A DNA stretch of 64,000 nucleotides from Basidiobolus meristosporus CBS 931.73 (GCA_002104905.1 MCFE01000003.1:62001-126000), one strand, 5' to 3'; shown: positions 13,810-27,552, counted from the stretch's first letter. The notes: a model not told the origin generated them from the letters alone. Numbers and translations: made by a program.

Positions 13810-14367
13810 ATCATACCAACCCTCAACTAATGTTGTAATCACCTCAACCATTCTCGAATTATAATTCTTCACTCACGTTTACTCACAAATAGACCAGACC
13901 AAACGAAACCAACCCTATCGCCTTTTTATGTTTGATTTACATGTAGTTCCAACACCAAACTATACATTTGCACGGAGAAAATTGGAAGTCGCACTTATTT
14001 ATTCATTCTGTCATACATTCGAACCGTCCTTCTATTCTTTTTTGTTGCCACCGAATTTTACTGTATCGTTACAGTTGTCTATCCCTGCTTACATATGTGT
14101 TCATCAATACTTGTAGTTAATCAAAAATGAAATGCCTCATCTCTTTCATTCCACTGAACACCCACGTCCCCACCCGATGTCTTCATGGAACTTGGCAAAT
14201 CCATTTTTCCCAACCGTAATATTTCGGCTCACTACGCGCCACAGAAGGCAGGCGGGGTCTCCTTTTGGTAAGAGTCGTTTGGCCATTGTCCCGATCTTTT
14301 TCAACTTCACAATGCAGTTCTAATAAATACTTCCCTCGCTGGAGTCCACCGAATTCCATTATCTGTT

Positions 14368-15733
14368 ATGGCCACCCAGAACTACAAAGTTGGTAAGTCA
14401 GATCATCGGTTACACCAGCTGCATTCCACTGATTTCTAATCGTTGTTGCGTCCCAGCCGATATCTCTTTGGCCGCATTCGGTCGCAGGGAGATCGAGCTC
14501 GCTGAGAACGAAATGCCTGGTCTCATGAACCTCCGCGAGAAGTACGGCTCCTCCAAGCCATTAGCTGGTGCCCGTATCGCTGGTTGTCTCCACATGACTA
14601 TCCAGACCGCTGTTCTCATTGAGACCCTTATCGCTCTTGGTGCCGATGTTGCTTGGAGTTCCTGCAACATTTTCTCTACCCAGGATCACGCTGCCGCCGC
14701 CATTGCTGCCAGCGGGGTTCCTGTCTTCGCCTGGAAGGGTGAGACTGATGAGGAATACGTTTGGTGCATGGAGCAGACCCTTTGTGCCTTCAACGATGGT
14801 CAGCCTCTCAACATGATCCTTGATGACGGTGGCGATTTGACTAATCTCGTTCACGACAAGTATCCTCAATACCTCAGTGGAATCAATGGTATTTCCGAGG
14901 AAACCACCACCGGTGTTCATCACCTTTATCAAAGATTGAAGGATGGCCTTCTCAGGGTTCCCGCTATCAATGTCAATGACTCAGTCACCAAATCCAAGTT
15001 CGATAACTTGTACGGCTGCCGTGAGTCTCTTGTTGATGGCATCAAGCGCGCTACTGATGTCATGATTGCCGGGAAAGTTTCCATCGTTGCTGGTTACGGA
15101 GATGTTGGTAAGGGTTGTGCAGCCGCCTTGAGAGGGATGGGATCCCGTGTTATTGTGACTGAAATCGATCCCATCAACGCGCTCCAAGCTTCCATGGAGG
15201 GCTACGAAGTCACCACCATGGAGAAGGCCGTGAGCGAGGGCAACATCTTTGTTACCACCACTGGTAACCGCGACATCATCACTGGGGAGCATATGATTCG
15301 CATGAAGAACGATGCTATCATCTGCAACATTGGCCACTTCGATGTTGAGATCGATGTTATCTGGTTAAAGAAGAACGCCACCAGTGTTGTTAACATCAAG
15401 CCCCAGGTCGATCGTTACACCATGCCAAACGGCAACCATGTCATCCTTCTTGCCGAAGGTCGTCTTGTCAATCTGGCCTGCGCCACTGGTCACCCCTCTT
15501 TCGTCATGTCCAATTCATTCTCCAACCAAGTCTTGGCCCAGATTGCTCTTTGGACCGACAACGCTTCCTACCCTCTCGGCGTTCACACGCTCCCCAAGAA
15601 GCTTGACGAGGAGGTCGCCGCCGCCCATCTTGGCAACTTGGATGTTCACCTTACCGAACTCACCCCCGTCCAAGCCAAGTACATTGATGTCCCTGTTGAA
15701 GGCCCCTACAAGCCTGAACACTACCGTTATTAG
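14368..15733 (+). CDS. SAH1: S-adenosylhomocysteine hydrolase
   Basis: MATQNYKV|[10 protein letters not shown] across intron 14393-14456; [52 protein letters not shown]-terminal [10 protein letters not shown]. Confidence 0.98.
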
Positions 15734-16081
15734 ATGCCTTTCTCATTTATTGCTTCATGTAACTCATATATACTCCATGTCCTTCTATTGCTCGATGTAT
15801 CGTGCGTGTGAGCGAAAGAAGCAAACTTAACAATCATCGATTAAACGTTGAAAACCCATGAATTAACTACCTAGGGCAGACACGTAAATCTGTGTGGGCC
15901 ACTCTGATCTTGTAGAATATGCCATTGGACATCTTTATTAGGAGTAAACTGCGCGATCTAGTAAGGCGGCCTGCATATAGAAAAGTATACATAGTCTGAT
16001 GGAAGCGGGCAACTGGGCTTACACGAACTTGCTCACGAGGGAGATCGAAGTAGGGTCCAAGCGAAAAAAAACCATGGAGCC

Positions 16082-16546
16082 TCAAGCGTCCCCAGGCTTT
16101 TTGGCGTTACAGGCAACTATCTTCACTTTGTCCGCAAGCACCGTATCGTGTTCGAATCTAAAGGTCGGGTTCTCGATGATGAAGGTCCAAACGTCATCGC
16201 AAAAACGATATGTGTCTAAATGGCCCTGTCAACGAGAAGAATGGAGTTAGTCAGAAAAGTAGGCGTGAACGGCTGGGTTCGGGGTGGGGATCTTACTTTG
16301 AAAGTGGCTCTGCTTCTGACTTTACTACTCAGTGCTTCGGTGATGCTCTTGTCGAACTGGGGGAGAGGGGGAAAGATCAGTGGTGAACTTTGGAGGGGCA
16401 AGCCAATGTGTCGAAGGAAATACCTGGACCATGACTTTCATAGCAAGTTGTGGGTTCATATGGCCTGACTGGATCAATTCATCTAACGAGTCCATCAGGG
16501 CCATACCCAGGGTGCTTCTACGATATAATTCATAATATTGGGTCAT
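16082..16546 (-). CDS. TOA2: Transcription initiation factor IIA small (gamma) subunit; 3 exons
   Basis: [25 protein letters not shown]...KVMVQ|[20 protein letters not shown]|[17 protein letters not shown]...[15 protein letters not shown]. Confidence 0.95.
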
Positions 16547-16790
16547 AGTGGAAACGGACAGAAGAGTATTTAAAGGAAAGAGGAGAAAGCGCACACTGGT
16601 CTCATTGGAAATCAATCTCCTCACTCCCACTGGTCCCCCGATCACGTTTCGACTCTCACCCCCACCATCGGGGCTGATCTCACCCGAGGGATGGATGGAA
16701 TTGGATGGGTGCGGGAAATGAAAACAAACAAGGTAGACAGGTACAAACACACCACCTGTGAAATCATGGTCCTCTGAAAAGCCTATTGCC

Positions 16791-17102
16791 ATGTCCACTC
16801 CCGAACTGCGAGAACAACTGCTCCAGGAATACCGAACCGTCACGGAGAACTTGAACCAGGTATGTTGCACACCACCCCGCCCCAAACCTCATCCCGCCTA
16901 ATCCTCCCTCTTCCCCCGAAAGCTGAACGCAATCGTGACCGATATCAACTCGGTCGACATTCCGTTCCTAACTAACCAACTGCGCGACGTCGAGAAGAGA
17001 TTCAGCCTGGTGTATACGTTGTTCAAGTCCTCAGTGTATTCTGTTCTGAGCAGTGGTGAGAGCATTCCCCAGGAGAGTCTCACCAACACACCAACCTGGT
17101 AG
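16791..17102 (+). CDS. DAD3: DASH/Dam1 kinetochore complex subunit Dad3; 2 exons
   Basis: Manual splice across intron 16860-16922 gives [23 protein letters not shown]|[42 protein letters not shown]..., matching the Dad3 pattern (EY..L..NL; LR..E.K..LV.TL.K.SVYS). Confidence 0.85.
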
Positions 17103-17536
17103 CTTGGGGGCAAAGTAGAAGTAGCTTATTGTACCATAGAAACGTTTATTGCTCTCCTCCCCACCAAGTAACCGATGTCCTAGGCTGGCTTCGTCAGGAG
17201 ATGTATCAATAAAATCCGATTTGTTCCACTGAGAAAATATCGAGAAATAATGGTCGAGGAAACCCGCGGATATGGTAGGATTCCCTCGAATCCCCATCCC
17301 AATCCCCAATAAAGATGGCTGGTAGAATTGCAAGGCGTAGCTGATCGAATTCACCGTGATGTACAGCATGCATTTGGGTCCACTTCACCCCAGAAATTTC
17401 CCTCCTTTCGAATCGATGGCAATTTTCGCCAGCCGATACAAATTTCTCGCATCATTTATGCGGGCCACGAATCCTCCCCATATATCCTAGGTTCTTTTCA
17501 AGTATCCACCTTCGCCTCCTAACGCTAACGTGAATC

Positions 17537-17957
17537 ATGTCTGAACAACCAAAGCAAGTCCCCAGCGAAGAGCTTCTTGCACAAAAGGTATTTCCACCCC
17601 ACCTCGACCTCCACCTCCACCTCCTCACCACTGACCCCGTGGAAACCTGGCTAACCCATCGCATGTCTTTTCCACCAGTGGGATCGCACCGTGTCCAACT
17701 TCATCGTCAAAACCGGAGTCGGTCTTAGCACCGGTATCGTCGCCTCGGTTCTCTTCTTCAAGAGTATGTTCGCAGCAAGTGCGCCTCCAGTTTCCTCAAC
17801 CACTAACCCTCGGTTCTCGTTTTTAGGAAGAGCCTGGCCAGTCACTCTGTTCACCGGCTTCTCCATGGGCATGGCCTACGCCGAGAGCCAGCGCCTGTTC
17901 AACGCCACCTCTGGCATGAACGTGCAGGTCAAGAAGGCCGTTACCAACCAACAATAA
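17537..17957 (+). CDS. MIC10: MICOS complex subunit Mic10; 3 exons
   Basis: SEELLAQK|WDRTVSNFIVKTGVGLSTGIVASVLFFK|RRAWPVTLFTGFSMGMAY, with two glycine-rich TM segments. Confidence 0.92.
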
Positions 17958-18096
17958 TTTCATGTTCCGCAACAGCACCCAACCATATGTAAACAAACCA
18001 GTTGTGCTTCTGTCACCACACTAAAAGCCATTTCTAAACGTCTCAATACGTGTTGTTTATTGTAGCCAAGACATGTCATAGAAAATAGTAGAGGTG

Positions 18097-18120
18097 GGGA
18101 AGGGAAGGGAAGGGAAGGGA
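18097..18120. repeat. (GGGAA)~5 simple repeat between convergent MIC10 and VAMP7 3' ends
   Basis: gggaagggaagggaagggaaggga seen directly. Confidence 0.85.
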
Positions 18121-18129
18121 GGGGATCGT

Positions 18130-19325
18130 TCAGTTTCCACCACGGCAGCTCTGCCAGCCTTGAAAACAAGCGGTCGATGAGTCTCGGGAGGGGTGATCTA
18201 TCGGATGTTGGCTGTCTTACCTGGGAATCCACAGATGGAGGAAATAAAGAAGTAGATGATCATCTAGAGGGGAGGCGTTAGTCGATGCGTTGGTCGATGC
18301 ATAGCAAAGGAGTGACTAACCAGAATCACCAGACCAAGGATGACCATAAGACGAGTGTTTTTCCACCACATGGACCTCTGCAATGGGAATCATGATGTCA
18401 TTGGACCCGTTGTATTCACCACATCATCCCAGATGAACTAACCTTCAGGGCGGTGCTGCGCTTTCTGAATGCGAAGGCCGATTGATTCAGGGTATCGGTT
18501 TTGTCGACCAGGAGGTCGATACGTTCACCACGCTCGAGGACTCGCTCTGTGACATGGGTGAGTGAAGGGAGCTCTGGGCAATCCAACCAGTCCACCGGAC
18601 TTACCAATATTCTGGACCATGACATCCTTCACCTGTTCGATTTCCCCCTGAACCTGCTTCACTCTATCTGCGTTGGGGTTGTGCGAGAAGAATTCCTAAA
18701 CAGAGTTGTCCATGAGCATCTTTCCACCAAACGACCACCACCGTAACCGACCATCTGCTTGGCTATTGTGCGGGAGAACTCGTTCATTCCGTATGCCGGC
18801 GCCGTTCTGGCTTTGTCCACGGTGTAATTGCTCAAGAAGCGGGTCTTCATGTCTTCCAGGAAGGCGAACGGGACCCGTCGACCTAAGAAGGGGATCGTGT
18901 CGGGTGAGTGACGTGGCGTTCCCACTGAGATGAACCTTGGTGACCTACCGAAGCTGTCATCTGCCATGCACATGTAAACTATACCATCCTGGCAGACGTA
19001 GTGAAACAGATATCTAGAGTGGTCGTGGGCCCAGGTCAATAAAGCGAGGTTTGAGAGAGGCATAAAGTTAGCTGTGGTCCGAACCTATCGTAGACGTAGG
19101 TGAGTTTGGAGTTGTTGGGCGGGATCTTCTCCAGGATGTGCTGGGTCACTAGAACGGGGGCAAGGGTAGGGACAGACGCAAGAGTTTAGTCAGCTTCATC
19201 CCGAACTTTCCTTTGTAAAAAGCTCCGCTTCGCACGGCTGTACCTGAGGTGAAGTTCCCAGAAGAATTGGCGTGCTCGGCAAGAATGGTAGAACCACGAG
19301 CGACAAGGCCGTAGATAAGCGCCAT
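18130..19325 (-). CDS. VAMP7: Longin-domain R-SNARE (VAMP7-like synaptobrevin); multi-exon
   Basis: MALIYGLVARGSTILAEH..., ILEKIPPNNSKLTYVYDR|YLFHY, RRVPFAFLEDM, SNARE motif VKDVMVQNI|ERVLERGERIDLLVDKTD, WWKN followed by a TM segment and stop at 18130. Confidence 0.92.
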
Positions 19326-19869
19326 GATGGGTTAGGATCGTTTCGGGTTGGTGCGGTGGACGGAAAGGGGTTGGTTGGTGGTTCGGTGTGGTAGGGGCTG
19401 GTTGTTCAGGAAAGAAGTGAGGAAAGAAAGAGGCGGTCGGTGTTTCAGGAAGTTTCTGAAGCCGAACTGTTCTCAAGTGATACTTGTCCATCAAAATATC
19501 GCTAATGAATACGTAAATTCGCCATTGGATCCTGGATCAGATTTGGTTCATTTAAGTGCCCCATATATGTAGGATTTCGCCTTCGTACATGGCTCAAGTC
19601 AGATCAGCCTTCTGAAGCACATGTCTGGTCCGGTGGGTGCGTGGGTGCGTGCAAACCACCCAACTCACGGCGGAGCATTGCTGGCCAGGTTGAGCCCAAT
19701 AGATTCCAATTTATTGATTATATGTTTTCGTGACTTCTTTAATTAACAAAACATACTAAAAGATGTACATGCTCAACCTGTCCTGAATAGAGTGAGATGA
19801 AAGAGAATCAACATGAGGTAGCGGTGAGAGTATAGCAGGTTACTGTGGAGATATCGCCGTCAATCCATC

Positions 19870-22853
19870 TCATTTCTCAGTATCTTCGTCCATGTAGTCG
19901 GGATTCTTCTTCAACAAGACGAAGCCCTCTAGCACGTGAGATAGAGTCAAGTACTCCTCTGTAGCAAGCTCGGCACGCTCCGAATGGGCCAACAGTACGG
20001 GTGTGGAGTGTGTCTGGAACCCGGTGATAGTCTTGGGTCTACCTGCCTGTCCAACCACATCCACTGCCTGTCCAACACGAACGGTCACAGGGAAGCTCTT
20101 GAGGTTCTCGTCCAAGGTGATCAAGAATCTAGGATACATGGCGTTGACCAAGTAGTAGAGCAAGTAGTGGGACTTGCTGAGGATCGTGCTCTTGGCGTCG
20201 GTGAAGGCGATCAGCACGGAAAGAATACCGGCAACAGCGGTGGGCGACATCAGTGTACGGTCGGAGTGGATGGGGTTGATGGTCATGGTGCCCTTGCCCA
20301 TGTGCAGCAAGCCCTGGGCAATGCGAACCATGAAAAGACTGTTGGGCTCCTTGTGGTAGTAAGAGGCGAGCTGTCTAAGCATCTGGGCAAGTCTGGCGTT
20401 GTTGGTACCGGCACCGACAAGTCCCATGGCGAAGATCGCATTGATGGCAACGTCGGTATCGTTGTCATGAGAGTACTTGCTCAGGGTGTCAAGGACATTG
20501 AGCAGAGGATTGGATGCGCACAAAAGACCAAGGGCCAAAGGAACGGCCCTTCTGATCACCGGCTCACCATAGTGCATGAGATGATTGAATGTTCTCAATG
20601 ACATCTCAGCGCCGCTGTCCTCGCCCATAGCAATCAACGCAACACCAAGAACGGCGAATGCTTGGTGCAAATCATCCTCGCCCTTCTCCTTGTCCAAATG
20701 GTAGGTGCAGTGATGAAGCATCTTCTGCACCTTCAATACGTTGCCAGTGCCGGCGTAGGCACATACTTCCACCAGAACCTCAACCTGCTTACCAATAGGA
20801 TGCTCAATGGCCTTCAAAGTCTCGAGGGTGGCTTCGGCGGCCTCCTGCTTGGCAAGATACAACAGGCCGAGACCCAAGCCCATGAAGCGGGAGTTGGTTT
20901 CCTTCAGCTGAAGGTCATCTCTCTCCATCATGGTCTGGAGAATGGTGCTAGTGATGTCACCGTCGCAAGATCCGACGAAGATAAGACCGAGCGAGAGGGC
21001 AGCCAATCCAGCGATTTCCATGGAGACAGATGTATCACTGATGATAGGAGACAACAGCTCCGAGAGGTCTTCGCGATTGGATCCAGCATAGGCAAGGCCA
21101 AGGCCGACAATGGCACCGATCTTGATGGGGGCGCTTCTATCGTCCAAGAAGTCCTGGAGAAGAGCGTAAGCGGGATCGGTCTCGCTGCGAACTCGAGAAT
21201 TCACGATACCAATAGCAAGGAGAGCACCGGCCTTGATGTAATCGTCGTTGGAGTACAAGTATTTATCGATCTGAGACAAGCCCACGTCGACATCCCACAG
21301 CAAGATCATGCCGAGGGAAGCAGATGCACTCATCATGCCGTGCTCCTTGTTCTTGTAGATCCAGGAGTTGGCGTCATCCGAGGTGGTCATCAGCTTGTCG
21401 GAGCCAAAGCCAGCGTTGACAAATGCGTTGACGAAAGTGGATGCGAGGTTCTGACGGGCAGAGTCGACGTTTCCTCCCAAGCCAGAGCGAACGTTCTCCA
21501 AGTGCGTCTTGTAGATGTCTTCGGGGGTCTTGGCCTCCATAACATCCAACTCCTTGGCCAAGGCAATGAAGTGCTCGGAGAGACGGGTGTTGTTCAAGCA
21601 CTCGGCCAACTCTTCATCCTCGGTTTCAACGGAGATCTGTTGACGGGCTAGGATGTATGCCAGCTGCTTCTTGAGAAGTGGATCCTCACAAGAATCGAAG
21701 TCATCCTTGATCATCTCGATGTCGTTCAGCTTGATGGACAAGGAAAGGGCCTGGGTGAGCTTGTTTTGTTGACGGTAGATGGTATGGGCGGTCTTCAAGA
21801 ACAGGACATCATCGGGAGGCGCCAACAGGGAGACGCAGCTGACCATGTACAAACACACTCTAGCATATGTATCTTTATCCACATACTCGGGTAGCTTCTC
21901 GATAGCCTCCAGCTCAAGGAGAAGATCGACAGCATCAGCCTCAGCGTTGTGCTTCAAGAAGAAGGGTACTACTTCAAAGGCCAACTTCATCAGGTCATCA
22001 CAGGACTCGTCATTCTCAACGCGGCTAGCATACTCTTGGCCGATTTCGGCTGCCAGATGGCTACAATGGTAAAGAAAAGAATAAACACGACAGCCCCGAG
22101 CTGAACAATAGCATGTGCGACTAACCGAATATATTCGTGGCCCCATGATTCCAGTTGGTCAGAGGAACCAAGAATTCTGTATTTCAACGACATTCTCAGG
22201 CCGTCATCTGAGTAGGTCATTGCCAAAAGGGACAAGATATCGGCCAACAGACGCTATTAAAGGTCCGACATTAGCACGGTCAGAATGGTAGCGGCATGCT
22301 TCATGAAGCGCTTACCTTGTCCTCGCTGTCTTCCCAGCTTTCGTAAATCCCAATGACTTCTTGGTAATGAGGTCTCAAGAATTTCAATGGTTTAGGGACC
22401 GACGTCATGGAAGTCGTAGCGGTTCTGATGAGTGTGCGCAAAGTTTCAAGAGAGGGACGGTAAAGTGAAGTGTCCGCATCCTATGTTCAATTGTGTTAGC
22501 ATGGGTACAGAAGCATGATATATGCACGCTTTGGAAGGTCAGGTAAAAATAACAAAGCAACGAACAGAGTGAACACTTTACCTTGAGTCTCTCAACGAGC
22601 ATTTCTAGGTCATTCTTTAACTGCTGATCTTCCTCAGACTGGTTGATGAGAGGCGCACAGTAAATAAAAGAGGTTTCTCAACGATGTTGCGACAGGAAAG
22701 TAATAAACACTGTACCAGCTCCTCTTCGGTGGTTTCTTTGGCGTCGTTGTTGATGTTGAACACCTTTTTGGCGTTGTTCTCTTCTCTTTCCTTGTCCTTC
22801 TTTGGCTCAGGATCTTGAGAAGGAACGGGGATTCTAGCGGCTTCCTTTGACAT
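19870..22853 (-). CDS. RPN1: 26S proteasome regulatory subunit Rpn1 (PSMD2); multi-exon
   Basis: [30 protein letters not shown] repeats, [46 protein letters not shown] at 22853. Confidence 0.97.
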
Positions 22854-23301
22854 GGTTATGTGTGGGTCAGTTGATCTCACGTTCGTATATTAAACTCGTA
22901 ACGATTCTAAAAAATCCCTTGGTTTGTATATCCCACTGCCAACGTAATAGTGTTGTGCGTAGTCCATGACCAGGGATCATAAGAAATTGCTTTCTCGATT
23001 GCGTAATCGAATGAAAAATGGGCGGTTAACCACTCTGCGGATGCATTTCGACTCAAGTTAATCTGTTTCCAAGTAGATGTTTAAGGTTCGCCATCGACCG
23101 ATCTTCGGATCCGTCTATTCCGGAACACTCCCCGGCTCCAAGCGGGGAAGTTAATTGAGCCCAGTGAAAATTTCGGTCCCGAAAAATTTTGGTGGAGTGT
23201 TGATTTTTATTCTTGAGGGACTCATCAAGCCTAATAACCTTGTTAAGCTTGCTTTTGAGGCTGCTTTACTCTTCGGTGTTTTATACTTACGAGAATATAT
23301 C

Positions 23302-23763
23302 ATGAGTATCATTACCGGTATCACACACCAGCTCAAGCGTGTCCACGTGGGTGTAGATCTCACCCGTAGGTTCGCCTCTTCGGTTTCTACTGCCCCAGTG
23401 TACTGGGAGTCCAAGTTGGACGACGGCAGTATCTTTGTTAGCCGTGTGCCCAAGCAAGCGGTCGTTCCCAAACCTGAAGATCTCCCCCCTACCTTGAAGC
23501 CGGTTCAACCCAAAAAGTATCACCTCACTGACGAGGACAAACGTCAAATTCAAGAGTTAAGAAACCAGAACCCCAGCCATTGGACTCGTAAGCGTTTGGC
23601 GGAGAAATTCGATTGCTCTCCATTGTATATCTCCTTGATAGCCCCTTGTCCACCGGAACGCAAGGCCTTGTTGGAGGCTGAGAAGGAGAAGAAGTGGAGT
23701 AGAATGGGATACAAGAGACAACAAATTACCATCAACAGACAACGTAGAAGAGAGTTGTGGTAG
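23302..23763 (+). CDS. MRPL20: Mitochondrial ribosomal protein mL58 (MrpL20)
   Basis: KKYHLTDEDKRQIQELRNQNPSHWTRKRLAEKFDCSPLYISLIAP motif, with a presequence-like N-terminus from ATG 23302. Confidence 0.85.
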   Translation: MSIITGITHQLKRVHVGVDLTRRFASSVSTAPVYWESKLDDGSIFVSRVPKQAVVPKPEDLPPTLKPVQPKKYHLTDEDKRQIQELRNQNPSHWTRKRLAEKFDCSPLYISLIAPCPPERKALLEAEKEKKWSRMGYKRQQITINRQRRRELW

Positions 23764-24555
23764 AGCTCTCGGGTTTCCACCTTCATTTATTTGCTTTTCA
23801 TCTGTTCACATAGTACTTTTCCTTGTTTCTACACTCCCTCTCCAAGCACACTACATTTTTGAACTCTTCAATATACGGTTGCTTGACCTAGGGGTACAAG
23901 CAACGGGCACTTGATTTTTCGTTTCAAAAGGTCTCATGAAAAATCTCATTCACACTCTTCTAATAAACATTCATGTACTTCATCATCTATCTATGTATCA
24001 TGCGTACACTGTCTCAAGGAAACAATAAACCCATAGATTAAACCAAACGCGCATCACCGGCTCGTTCGATGAGGACCCATTCACTACAATGTTAGTGTAA
24101 AGTCAAGTCGGCGGCATCAATAAATTTTGCAAATACTTGATAGTTCTTGCTAGCGGTTACACAAAACCGGAGCGTATTGCAATCAAAATATCCACCAAGA
24201 AATGCATAGTAATTGCCGTGAACGATATCAAGCCAAGTACTGGCGACGACCGGAACGGAGGGTTTGCAGTAAGAGACAGTAATGGCGGGCCAGTCATTTT
24301 GTATTATTGAAAGTAGCGGTTTCTTATTGGAACAATTTGGTTTTTGGTTCGCGGTTGGATGTGGTAGTATGGCCACACTGTAATAAATTAGAAAGAAACG
24401 ATGGATAGAACGATAGATGTGTCAAATGTACATTAGAATTTTCGCGTAATCCTGTATTGAAGCGTTATCTTTGGACACGAAGTAGTGCCGGTGTTCATGG
24501 CGAGGGCCAGAAAGAAAAGAATTCAAACAGCACAAAGGCGCATACATAGCAGATC

Positions 24556-27552
24556 TCATGGGAAAAGCTCCGAGGTACGGAAGTGTGTAAGTGCGGTCTT
24601 TACCCGGTCACGGACATCCAAGTCCGGATCATCAACCAACGAATTAAGCTTGGTTTCAAACCCTAAAGTTTGGAGTTTACGAACTCGCTCGGCATAACCT
24701 ATTGTTGTCAGGAGTGTGAGTATTTATCGAGTGACGTGTATTGCTATACACACCACTATGTCGCTCTTCCGTCCAGGTCAGGTTGATAATGCACCAAACG
24801 GTAGCTACTCGAATAGAAGCCTTGGAGTGGGTCTACAAAGCCCGGGAATTAGATCCCGCTTCAACAATCAATGGGTCTATTGTAGCTCGATTACCATATA
24901 ATCGGAGATCGCCTTAAGGATTGTGTCACTATTAATAAGAGCCATTTTGTGTCGCTCGTTTCCAGTAGCGACATTCACGATGGTATACAAGGTCTAAAAC
25001 AGTCAGACGAGGCGATCGATGTACTGCAAGATCATGTATGGGTACCTGGAGAATTATATCTTCGTGTTTTGAGTTTAGCTTGCTTTCGAATAAAAAGATC
25101 AAGTTGTGTTCGCCAATCCCCTGGAAGACTTCTTCGATATTCTAGAATCAAAACAGTGTTACTGCTTGTTTCCGTTTGCCATTCGGGCGTTGTCGCCACT
25201 TGCCGTTTCATGATCGCATGCCAGGTTTCTTCAACAGATTTAGCGCTTGCTCTTGTATGCTGATTTCCGAATCGTTGAGTAGCCTAGAATGATGTTACTT
25301 ATGAATGACATCACCATTGAAGATATCGGTGATAGAAACATACGTTTGAAGCTTTTGGTAAGTCAAGTGTTTCATGACGGTCTGCTTGATTTCTGGCTCC
25401 GCTTGAAACAAAAGATTTTTCAAGGCCCACACAGCATTGAGTCTTAAATTGCTATCCATGGAGCTTACTAAATGCACGAGACGTTCTATACCGCCGTTTT
25501 CCAGAACGGTCTGGACAATTGATTTTAAGATTAGCCGCGGACAATTCAAATGTGAAGGTGTACAAGTTAGAGTACAATTTTCATGGGTGAGAAGCCAAGG
25601 ACAATGTTGCAGAGTGTGGCAGAGGCTGTTGTTTGCACACTAGTGGATTCATCGGAGAGAAGCTAATGATAGAAAAGTTGAGTTGTCTTGCAATATGTAT
25701 CAGGAAACCGTGCATTGGAATCTCTTACTTGAAACAACGGAATCGCAATGCCAGCATCAACCAAGCTTGTTCTTAGATTCTTCACGGATCGAGAAAGACT
25801 TCTGGTACATTGGCAGGCAGCAGCTCTGACACCTACGTTTCGATGTGACATTGCTGCTACGATATGGGGAAGCGCTTTTGCTTCAATGACCTGTCATAGT
25901 TCAACGCAATAAGTTCAGAATTCTAGATACATATTACCGAAAACTATATCAACCTGAACTCGACACTCCTCTTTTAGCGAACTGATAGCAGCAATGGCAA
26001 GTAGTGCACTCTAATATTGCTAATAGTAAGAAGCGGGTACGGTGGTATTAGGATCAGTCCAAGGTATAACCTCTTTGATTCTGTCGTAATGTGCTTGTGT
26101 TTCGAGATTGCTAAATTCTTCGTCAGGTTGGCATATTAAGCTTGTTAATTTGCCAATTGCATCAGCCTCACAGGCGGCCTTTTGCAAATCCTCGCTCTCA
26201 CTGACCAAGTAGGCTAAAGATTCGAAAATATTTCTTAGTTGCACGAAAATGCAACGTCGACTAGAAGGCATCTAACCAAGTATGAATGATGCTTTTTCCC
26301 GAGAAACATCTGGCTCACTAAGAAGCTTGACCACGGTTGGGAGTACTATCAAAGTAATGTCGGATTGATGATCTGGGATCACATTGGATCTGCTCAGATT
26401 AATTAGGCTACCACCCTTAAATTAATCCTAATTCGGAGTTTGTATTCGAGTACGTTGGAGACTTACCAAGTAGCAGCAAGAAGCTGCATGCTTTTAGAGC
26501 TATCGCGCACTAACTTTAACATAGTCTCTATTGGTCGGTCACCATTTTCTATATCGTAAAACTTTGTAAGCTCTACCGGTGAATTGCTGCGAGTCAAGAT
26601 TAAATACCTCTCGTTGCAACCACGGCTTTTCCAATCTCCGGGTTTTCGAGACAAAGTGCTTGAAGTGCGTCCAAAGCCGCTTCTTGTATCTAAACAGTGT
26701 AGAATTAGCACTGTTTTCGACACTTCATATAAATGTGCGTGAAATATAACCTTGGCATGACCACAAGATAATAGATCTACTAGAAGAGGTATAGCTCCAG
26801 CAGAAACGATCTGCATCTGCTGCTCAACATTTTCACAACATCTGGCAATTATAGTAGCTGCTAACTCTGGAACATGGGTGGCGTATTGGCAGCTAAACGG
26901 TGCATCTTTAGATGCCTGGGAAAAGCCTTTCAGGAGACTGACAAATTCGATGATATGCCCTGTCTTGGAATTATAACGTGTTAGCCCAGCATAATAAAAG
27001 GGTGATTGTGTTTCTGCCAGTACTTCAAATATATGTTGCTTGGGAGCTCTTGGAGAGTTAAACAGCGCTTTTAAAGCTCTAGCAGCAGCTTCCACAAGCT
27101 TTAGCTCATTGCGGAGCGACAAACAGTTCAAGAGAGGAGGAATAACGCCAGCCTCGATGAGTGTACAGACATTTTCCTCGTAACCTATGTAAATTAGTAA
27201 GCATTGATACTGAGTCAGGAATATGCAAGAAATCTCGAAAGTACAATGAAACACGCACCGTACGCTAGGCTGCCTAAGATAACGACTGCCTGTATTTTTG
27301 ATTGGGGGTCGGTTGTGTGGTCGTTGTTGACGATAATCTCAATTAACCTAGTCAAGGATGTGTTAATAGTGACCAAACATAACCACGACTTTAATAATAT
27401 TACCTTGGGAGGATGTCGAGGTTGATATAGAGATCCTTCTTCGTTTTATTTCCAATAATGCTATTCTTTATGAATCGAAGGGCTTTAATTCTCTCAGCTT
27501 TATCGGTGGTGGATAGCTGTGAGACATAGTAATCGTGTTTGGATTGGGTCAT
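24556..27552 (-). CDS. ARMC8: Armadillo-repeat protein ARMC8/Vid28 (GID/CTLH complex); many introns
   Basis: N-terminal [14 protein letters not shown]; [23 protein letters not shown]; [12 protein letters not shown]; C-terminal [14 protein letters not shown]...FP* (stop at 24556). Confidence 0.88.

Noticed and set aside
14130-14367. Possible SAM/SAH riboswitch upstream of SAH1
   Set aside because: No recognisable aptamer consensus; only a possible 5'UTR intron (gtaaga...tgcag).
16547-16885. N-terminal extension of ORF 16325-16885
   Set aside because: TOA2 homology starts at ATG 16546; the upstream part overlaps the promoter and the antisense of DAD3.
17031-17388. Minus-strand ORFs between DAD3 and MIC10
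   Set aside because: No recognisable motif; they overlap the DAD3 3' end and the MIC10 promoter.
19984-21651. Long plus-strand ORFs (205 and 329 aa) opposite RPN1, and similar ORFs opposite SAH1 and STI1
   Set aside because: Antisense shadows caused by biased codon usage in highly expressed genes.
22925-22945. PACE/Rpn4-like site upstream of RPN1
   Set aside because: The sequence differs from GGTGGCAAA; too weak to call.
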